Below are positions 55,546-64,000 of a stretch of DNA of 64,000 nt, piece by piece. Both the position numbers and the translations under genes were made by a program. The notes under the pieces were generated by a model, which was given only the letters and a program-made list of their open reading frames with translations, had not been told where the DNA came from and made no database searches. The DNA comes from Camelus dromedarius (Eukaryota): the NCBI RefSeq assembly GCF_036321535.1, contig NC_087437.1, positions 40,984,001-41,048,000 of the forward strand. The letters run 5' to 3'. Positions within the stretch are counted from its first letter, which is position 1. Each line of letters begins with the position of its first letter.

Positions 55546-55913
55546 TGTTGTGGACTGAATGTTTGTGTCCCTCCAAATTCATATGTTGAAACCCTAACCC
55601 CCAAAGTGGCTATACGTGGAGATAGGGCCTGTGAGGAGAGGATAAAGGTTAAATGAAGTCATAAGGGTAAGCCTCTAATTTGATAGAGCTGGTGTTCTTA
55701 TAAAAAGAGGAAGAAATACTAGGACCCTCTCTTGCCTTGTGATGACACAGCAAGAAGGTAAGCATCTGTATGCCTGGAAGAGAGCTCTCACTAGGAACCA
55801 AATCTGCTGTCACCCTAATTTTGTCTTCTTAGCCTCTAGAACTGTGAGAAATAAAATCTGTCATCTAAGTCACCCAGTTGTATTTTGTTATGGCAGTCTA
55901 AACAGACAAATAC
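55546..55913 (+). mobile_element. MaLR solo LTR (MLT1A/B-like)
   Basis: TGTTGTGGACTGAATGTTTGTGTCCC…agcctctagaactgtgagaaataaa…ttgttatggcag…aataCA. Confidence 0.85.
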
Positions 55914-57050
55914 ACACTTCATTAAATTATTTGTGTGTTTCATGGCATATTTCAGTAAATTTTTTAAACAGTTATTATTTGTATCTTGTAAAAAAGCCTA
56001 TAATTTAAACAGAATCCATGCTATCTTTATTTTCATTTTACATAAAAGCGAATGATTGAAACTTTAGATGACTATGTGATCAGCCCAAGATGACTCAGCT
56101 GGACTCTATAATCAACATTAGGGTGCAGTTGCTTTATAGGAGTTGGCTCAGGAATCAGTGATCTCTAGCATTCCCACTCCGTAGGAGCTCACCTACTACT
56201 TTCTCTGCGGAAAAGGATCTGTCGATCTGATACAAGAAATCTCAACTTTTTAACTTTTTGCCTCAAAATGTCTTCATATCTTTTTTCACCTTTCTCCTAC
56301 CTTTATGCCTACCTGTGATTTTTATACCAGATTTCCCCATGCTTCACTTATCCTTCTCACTTATCTTAAAATTCCTTCTCTATTTCTCCTTTCCCTCAGT
56401 CTACAAACACATTCACATATTCCCCCTTTGTAAGTCCTGAATTGTTCTAAACTGCAGACCCATTTCTCCTTCTTTTTCTCACTATCTATTTCTGAAAGAA
56501 GATTAATTTCTCCCACATTTTTTGGCCTAGCATATACATAATAAACATGCACAGTGAAGAAAATCTGGACCACACTCACACACACAAACACAAACACACA
56601 CTAACTGAAATCCTATCCCCTTCCAATAACCACTACCTTCTGTACATTCTTCTCTTTTCCTCTCTTCCTTCTTCTCTCTTCCCCTTTCTCCCTCCCTTCC
56701 TACCCCTCTTTAGTCTCTCAATCTCTGTCATCGATCTGAAATATATTGTGTACATATAATCTCATCCATTTTTGTGCTACATAGCATTTTTTCAGTTGAT
56801 TTAATATTTTAAATTAAAATATTTCTTTTTATTTGATAATTATTTTTAAATTTTTAGACAATAATGCATGTTTATAATTTAAAGGTCAAATAATAGTACA
56901 AGGCTTATATTAAATATATTTTTTTAAAAAACCCATCACAATGGTTTCCTGCCCCATTCCTCTTTAACCATGTGTCTCCTTATAGGTGAACACTTGAGAA
57001 ATGTTTAGCTATTTTTTAAAGTTTTAAGTTCCATGTTCTGATTTGTATGC

Positions 57051-57530
57051 TGTATTGTTCAGGGTCCCAGCAGAAACAGACAGCCTACTGAAAAGGGATG
57101 GTTAACAAAGTTTAATGAAAAAAGGATCTACAGAGGGCAGGCCAAGTTAAGGAAAAAGCAAGGGATGGTAAGACACCTGGGACTGGTGGTAGTGGGACTA
57201 ACGGTACTAAGATGCCATTCCCAACTCTAGGATTAAAAGAGGCAAGATTTGGGGGAGCCGTTCCCCGCTCCCAGTGAGAACTGTAGCTGTACAGGAGCTG
57301 TGGCCTTAGGTGGAGGAAGGCGGTCACTGCCCAGCCAAGGGTGGAAGCTGAAGGAGACAATAGCTCTCTTTCTGCCATTTCCCACCAGGGCAGCCCATTA
57401 AGCAAACCGAACTAAAAGCCAAAGACTGGGAGCCCAGAAGATACAGTCAGAAGAGATCAGCCTTCTGAGCCACAAAGCAGGGTGGAAAGGGTGAAAATTG
57501 ATCTGCAGGAGCACAGGAAAGATCACCCGC
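57051..57530. mobile_element. Degraded ERVL/MaLR-type LTR (family not determined)
   Basis: tgtattgttcagggtcccagcagaaacagac start and purine-rich body typical of antisense ERVL LTRs. Confidence 0.45.
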
Positions 57531-58899
57531 ACCTAGGCTTATATAGATGTTTTTTGCTTGATAGATTTGGGTTGTCATGTGTTGACAGCTAATTATGATA
57601 AATAGTAACTGAGCTCTTTTTTCTCACACTGTCTCACCTTTCCTCTCCACATATCTCATAATGTAGTACTATTATAAATTTTATTTGAAAACATGAATTG
57701 TAACAATAGCCTGTGTTTTACATGATCATGTAAATACTCTTTGCCGTCGAGCCAAGTAGAGTACTGGGACTTTTCCTCTCTGTGCCACTCCCTGTCTCGC
57801 TCTCTCCCTGGGAATTCACAATTACTTCCTGTTTGCATTTGTTTAGTTTTCTATGTGTTTGTCACTATTTCTTCCTAAGTGTTCCAAATTCTTTTTCAAA
57901 TGGCCAAACACATCAGAGAATCTTTCAGTTTTGTTTTCCCCTGGAACCCTCTGTTCCTTGTTTCAATCTGAATTGTTTGCTTTCTAGGCCCTGGTGCTCG
58001 CCATCATCTATGCCCCTGCCCTGAGACTTGCCTTTCATTCTCCCTTTTTGCTGAATCCCATATTGTCCTCTCTCTCTGTTCTCTCTCTCTCTTTTTTTTT
58101 TTTTGGCAGATTACATATTCCACTTGTTTCATGAGAAAAGGTGCCAAAGATACATTTTTGAGTCTTACATGCCTGGAAATAGAAATAATTCTACTTTTAC
58201 ACTCAATTGATGATATGTCTAGGGGACAAAATTCTAGGCCGAAAATCATTTTCCTTCAGAACTTGGTAGGTATTGCTCCACAGCCTTTTAGCTTCCACAG
58301 TTACATTTGGATATTACATGCTGATATGAATCCTGTTTCTTTGTACGTACCCTGTCTTTCCTTTCTAGATGATTTTATATGTATTTTTAATTTCTGGTGT
58401 TCTGAAATTTCATGAAGAAATTTTGGGTTCTGTTTGTTTGTTTGTGTTTGGCACACAATGGACTCTCAATCTCAAGTCTTGTTCTTCAGCTTAGCAAAAT
58501 TCCAGTATGATTTGTCTTTGGTAATTTCCTTCCTTCTGTTATGATTTTTTCTTTTTTCTCTTTTGGGCTCCCATTGTTTGGATGCTGGATCTTCTGGGCA
58601 GATCCTCTAACTTTCATTTCTTCCTCTCTCCTCCCTACCACCAAAATTTAGTCTGTGAATAACTTATAATAACAGTTTTCAGAGTTGGGCATGTTACCTC
58701 TTATTCGTGGACAAAAATGTATGCTGCCATGTTCAGTAATGTGGCTGCGACTGGGCATCAGGCCAGTTCTTTTTCCAACACCTCTTTCCTGGTGGTCCTT
58801 CTCCTACTTTACAAGACTGGTATAATCCTCCTTGGATCCCAGCTCTCGCCATAGTGCATTGCCCCAGAGCATTAAACCTTTAGTGGTCCCAAACAATTT

Positions 58900-60060
58900 T
58901 ATCTGTGATATTTGCAAATAATTTTATCTGTGACGCTTACTTCAATTAAGGTGGCATAAGAAATAGTGTATTTTGGCCCAAGTTAGGATATTTTGAATTC
59001 AGACATTGTGGCACAGGATAATGACCACTTTAGTTTAGCAGACCTTACCCAATTATTTTCAAAGTGCATTTGCTCCTGAGGGAAAAGCCAGTAAAAGTCA
59101 TGAAAACAAAGCATCTGTAAAAAATGCAGGAGACAGACTTACGGCAAGTCCCCGTGTGTCATCCACGTTTGCCCGTGGAAGCACTGGAATTCAGACGTGA
59201 GGTTGCTGTCACAGGAAGTGGTAAGGTTCTCACTGGAAGTGAAAAATGAAGTCAGATAGAAAGTAGGTCTGATTTAGGAAATAAATTTTACATTGAGGAC
59301 TGTATTTGCTCATTAGGTTATGACAGATATTTTCCACGAGTTCAACAAGCTAACGAGCTATATCTGAGTTCTCATCAGAGGTTTGTTGTAAAGAAAGAGC
59401 ATGTGATAAAAATAGAATTTTATTATATACATGTGAAAATGCATAAAATTAATAATATTTAAATTCTCCCAACCCTTTCTGAGTATATCAGGTTAAGCAA
59501 GTTGCCTCTAAGTGAAAGATTCAAAAATATAATTAATGATCTTTTTATTAAGTCTTGGTAAAGCCTTTTTGGTTATGCTGCCCAGAAACTAAGGGAGAGA
59601 ATAATTGTAACAACTGGGTAACAGATCCTTTCACAATACAGCTTCTTTCATTTCAACAAAATGAAGGGGCCCAACTGAGTTATTAGCTGGTAGTTTGCTA
59701 AAAGTTACTTTGAAGATTAATTTTTATGTGCTTTTGGCTATAACTTAGAAATAGTTATGGAATTGAATGACATCAGTCCTTCTATTTCTATCTCCTTGTT
59801 TATGAAAACGAGATCTTCAATACATCTATAATAACAAAAAATATTTATAGTTTATGCTGAACACTGTTTCACATTAGCAATAAGAAATAACTATCCATTA
59901 ATATTTAAATTACTTGAAAACCCCCCATACTCCTCATTAAGATGAATTTCTAAAATAACTACCTTTAAAATGAATAATTTTACCAAAATTTGTAATATAA
60001 ATGTTTTTCATCAATTGTGTACTAATTATCATAAATGCTAACTCAGCCCAGAAAAAAAAA
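58900..60060 (+). mobile_element. Possible ancient hAT/Charlie transposase remnant
   Basis: Weak resemblance near 59730-59820 to the C-terminal FW…EL…LLF.S.YL.E..FS region; no open frame. Confidence 0.3.
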
Positions 60061-62138
60061 AGATGCTAAACATTTTGACTGTTGCAATTTATTTAAAGTG
60101 AGAATAGGAAAAATGCTGTGAGAAGGAAACAAGTACATACAGTAAACCAATACCAATCTTCTTAAATGTGGTTATTTTCTTTGTAAAATAAAACAACATT
60201 AAGCATTTGGACACATATTTATTAACATAAAACTATAGTGTATGTATACTCTTAACTAAAATCAGTTTCATGATGATTCTTTCTAACATGCATCAAACTA
60301 GAAAGCAGTAAAAACACCAGCAGATGGTTCAGCGTGGTTGGCAATAAACGTCTTCTCCTCAGGTCACTGATATAGAATTGTAATGAAAAATTGCATTTTT
60401 TTTTACACTTTACTCAGCACCTCTGTTTAGAACATGGTAAGCACAAAATATTGCCTAATGTTGCTTTATTTGCTACATATGCAACAATAAGCTAGCAAGA
60501 AGAAGTAGCTTATGCGTGTACACTGATGTATACACTTGTGCAATTTTTGAGGATTATCAAGAAGGTTTGGTCTTGTCCTGTGACTATAATCCTGTTAAGC
60601 TACATTTAACTATGATATATAGCATATTATTTTGTACTCGGTATTATCCAAAGAAACAATATTACATATAGACCTCAAAAAATAACTTAGGCAAAAGCAA
60701 ATTTAAAAAATATAATAAAAACTCCTATAACCTACTTAGAAATATCAATTGTGGGCTTAAGAATTAAATGGCCTAATATCTCCCCTAATTCTTACCATTC
60801 CCTTGTCATTGTGAAATTGTTGCTTGAAGTGAAGAAAATATTGTATTGAATTTATATAACTTTTTTTTTAATTTAAAACAAAAATTTGGAACTATTTTAC
60901 ATATGATAATCCTGTATCCTTACAGTAGCTTCATGAATTCTTATTCTAGGTAACATTTACTGAGCACCCTCTTTGTATCAGGCACTCTGCTTAACACTTT
61001 ACATTTCATCCTCACAACTCTTTGAGGTAGACATATTATTGAACCTATTTTACAAGAGAGGCCTCCAAATTGAGTTTCATGGAAGGCAAAAGACAGAGAC
61101 GGGGACATTTATTCCCTGGTCTTCCTGAAATCCTCCATAGACTGAGCTCTTTGAGGAGGGGCATTCTCTAACTGTGTCTCAGCGCACATCGCAGTGCCGG
61201 TCATGTGGAGGAGAGTCGGGAGGAGGCAGTGAGGTGAGATCCTTGCACTAGTTTCATGACAGCGGGCAACACTAGATGAGGCGGTTGAGTGGCCAGACCA
61301 AGAAGTGTGATCATGCTTCAAGCAAGTGAAGAGAAAACTCACATTTGTAAGGATGTTAGAGTGTGAAAATACTGCTGCAAAAAATGACAGCATACTATGA
61401 AAATCAAGTGTTCAAACTCACATCTAATTTCCCTGGGATTAAGTCTAATTAGTGCTGCTATTATTATGTATTATGATGTATATTGTTGAAGACCTAGGAG
61501 TTTTTATCATGTTGAGCTAGTTCCTTTGTCTTAGTATAAAGTTTTCACAGCTTCTTATTTCATCTTTTTTTCTATCAGTATTAGCTGAGAGTATTCTTTC
61601 CAATTTCTTTTTTTTTTTAATTGAACTCTTATTTCATCTTAGTGTTTCTTTAAACTCACTTGTACCTCTGCAAGGAAAAAACTATAGAAAGGAAACAATG
61701 TATGCAATTTACATTTCTCTGAGGCAGAAAACTTCAGGGTCTGAATTTCTGGTATTAGCAGATGTGTCAGATTAATGAGAATTTAAAAGGAGTCTTTGGG
61801 TTCTTTATTTAAATCTTTACTACTTTATTCTAAAGGAGGTCAGGAATAGTGATTTGAATAAATCACATTCATTGCCTGTAAAAATGCTACATTTCTTTAT
61901 CAGTGCAACTTTGGGCTTCTCCAAGGCCATGAGCATCCTGAAGAAGACAGGAGCCGCAAGATGAGCCATTTTTTTTCCTGCTCCTGCCCTATTCGGAGTC
62001 CCTACATTTTTTCAGAGTTCAAAGTTTAGCAAAAAGGTCGACTGAGCTATTTAGCTTATTTGTGTCCTGAAGTCCTAAGTGAAAATAGTTTATCTCAAAT
62101 TGGCCCAGAGGAAACAAAAATCAATCAAAGTGAAAAGA

Positions 62139-62360
62139 AATAATTTCATGTTGTGTGGGACGCCAAATTGCATAAAGGCAAATAATTTTGCACCCCCAAA
62201 AAAAGTACTAAAAGAAAAAGGCCCCCCCAATGTTCAGTGTTTTCCCCCAATAATTTCATGTTGTGTGGAATGCCAAATTGCATAAAAGTAAATAATTTTG
62301 CACCTCCAAAAAAAGGACTAAAAGAAAAAGCTCCCCCTCCAGTGTTCAGTGTTTTTCCCT
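62139..62360. repeat. Diverged 110-bp tandem duplication
   Basis: taatttcatgttgtgtgg…ccaaattgcataaa…tgttcagtgtttt starts at both 62141 and 62251. Confidence 0.92.
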
Positions 62361-63853
62361 CCACTCTTAAAAAGTAGTTTTTTTAAAGTGCCTTTCTTTT
62401 ATGCACATTAAAGCAAACATAAAAAGAACTGATTCAGTGCTCCACTTTGTGAGGAAAACAGCATGGAGATAGTTTAGCTCACTGTTAAGTCTTTGGTGTC
62501 TATCAGAACTGTATGTCCACAGTTGCAAAACTAACTAAGTGAAAGTCTGTTTAATCATCTGTGTATTTCAATTTGCCTACATAGGTAAAAGCACTTACAC
62601 CAGTGCCTGGCACACAGGTAGTATACAAGAAATGTTAGCAATCGCAATAGAGCAGCTAATTTAGCATCCATATACTGCTAAGGCAAAAAAGGAAACATCA
62701 AAGGGGACGACTGTTTTGTGCTGGGAAACTCAGTCTTTCCAGGAAAATTAAATAGGGATTTTGATCCAGTCTGAAACTGAACATTCATGAATTTTCAGGA
62801 GCCCGCCCTCAGGATCCTCCAACCCTACCTTTCCAACTTATTTTAAAACATAATAATTTAGAAAATATTTTTTCTTAACAAACAGTGATTTTTTACTTCC
62901 AATTTTCTAAGTTAGACTGCTCTATCTTATTTGGGGCTTGAGGAGATATACAAAATGCTAGAATTATCACTGTTTGATTGTATTTTATAACACAACGCAG
63001 AACACCAGGCTGTGCTCAATTGAAAAGCAAAACAAAATTTGGCTCAAAGGATTGAACCAGCTAGGAGTAACATGGGTTTATAATCAATGTTAATATTTAC
63101 TGATAACCAGTGCTAAATGACCAAGTAAAACCTTTTAGTGCTTAATCCTACAAAAACAATTTGGTCATCAAAATAACAAAAAAAAAAATTTTTTTTTCCC
63201 TAAGTATTGAAAGATTTTTGGGAAGCTTACCCAAAATAAAAGTTTTCTTTATAAACATATTTTAATATGCTTAATAAACCATTCCCCATGAAAAAATAAA
63301 ATTATAAGCATAATACAAATTCTAATGCACAAGAAAAATGCTGAGGGGGAGAAATAAAAAGTTACCAATTTTAACATGGACCTTACTGCCACTAGTCATA
63401 TCTCCTTTAGTATGAGGTCAATGGGTAAGAAAATTCCAACTTACTCATATTTAAATATGCAAATATTGGTTGTGTCTTCAGGTTTCTAGTTTTGTGCTTA
63501 ATGAAGCAATAACATAATGCAATGAAACTGCTTCAATTTCAGGAGACCTTTGTTATAAAGGACAGGGTTAAGAACTTTACACTGTACTTGCCATGTCGTG
63601 TAACAAAATGAGCTAGACTTCTGGGTTTACGCAATTACTGAATCTTACCATCCAAAATAGATTCTCTAAGTTAAAAAAATATTTTGTTTGTAATATTTGA
63701 TGACATTTCTGATCAGAGCTTATAAAATCTCTTTAAAAAAATAAAAGAGTACTTCAAGATGTAATATAAAGTTCTCAAACATTCTCAAAAAATTGTCATT
63801 TAAAAAACACTGCTTCGTTCCTGTTTCTGTTCATGCCAAAAAGTAGGTTATCT

Positions 63854-64000
63854 TTACACAGTCTCTGTTGCTCCAAGGAATTCCATTTCTACAGCAGCTT
63901 TTGGCGCTTGGGTTGAACCACTCTTCTTTCGGAATTCTGCTGCAATCTCCTCAAAGGACTTTCCTTTGGTTTCTGGGACTTTGAAAAATGTGAACAGAGT
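63854..64000 (-). CDS. SLC2A2: SLC2A2 (GLUT2) last exon, C-terminal 48 aa; gene continues off the right edge, 3' UTR extends left from 63853
   Basis: [56 protein letters not shown] sugar-porter motif; expected synteny with EIF5A2. Confidence 0.95.
   Translation of the reverse strand, partial: TLFTFFKVPETKGKSFEEIAAEFRKKSGSTQAPKAAVEMEFLGATETV

Overview
Mammalian genomic DNA, AT-rich and repeat-rich, with two gene-associated CpG islands. A tRNA-derived SINE resembling camelid Vic-1 suggests a camelid source (inference). The window covers the conserved RPL22L1 - EIF5A2 - SLC2A2 block, all on the minus strand. It holds RPL22L1 exons 1-3 (exon 4 lies off the left edge), the complete EIF5A2 gene (153 aa, ~4.6 kb 3' UTR), and the last 48 codons plus 3' UTR of SLC2A2/GLUT2. 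Between EIF5A2 and SLC2A2 is a processed CUL2 pseudogene (~52.0-54.6 kb) that spans both UTRs. It has a poly(A)-derived tail, a target-site duplication, six frameshifts and an in-frame ~306-nt deletion. The rest is L1, L2, MIR, MaLR/ERVL and Tigger/hAT remnants. The most interesting signal is in RPL22L1 intron 2: four alternating CUAGGG/CCCUAG boxes around a poison 3' splice site can fold into mutually exclusive hairpins, one of which matches the RPL22-binding consensus. This looks like a candidate RNA conformational switch. I see no convincing wholly new gene system. Repeat family names and comparisons with human proteins are from memory and need RepeatMasker/BLAST confirmation.
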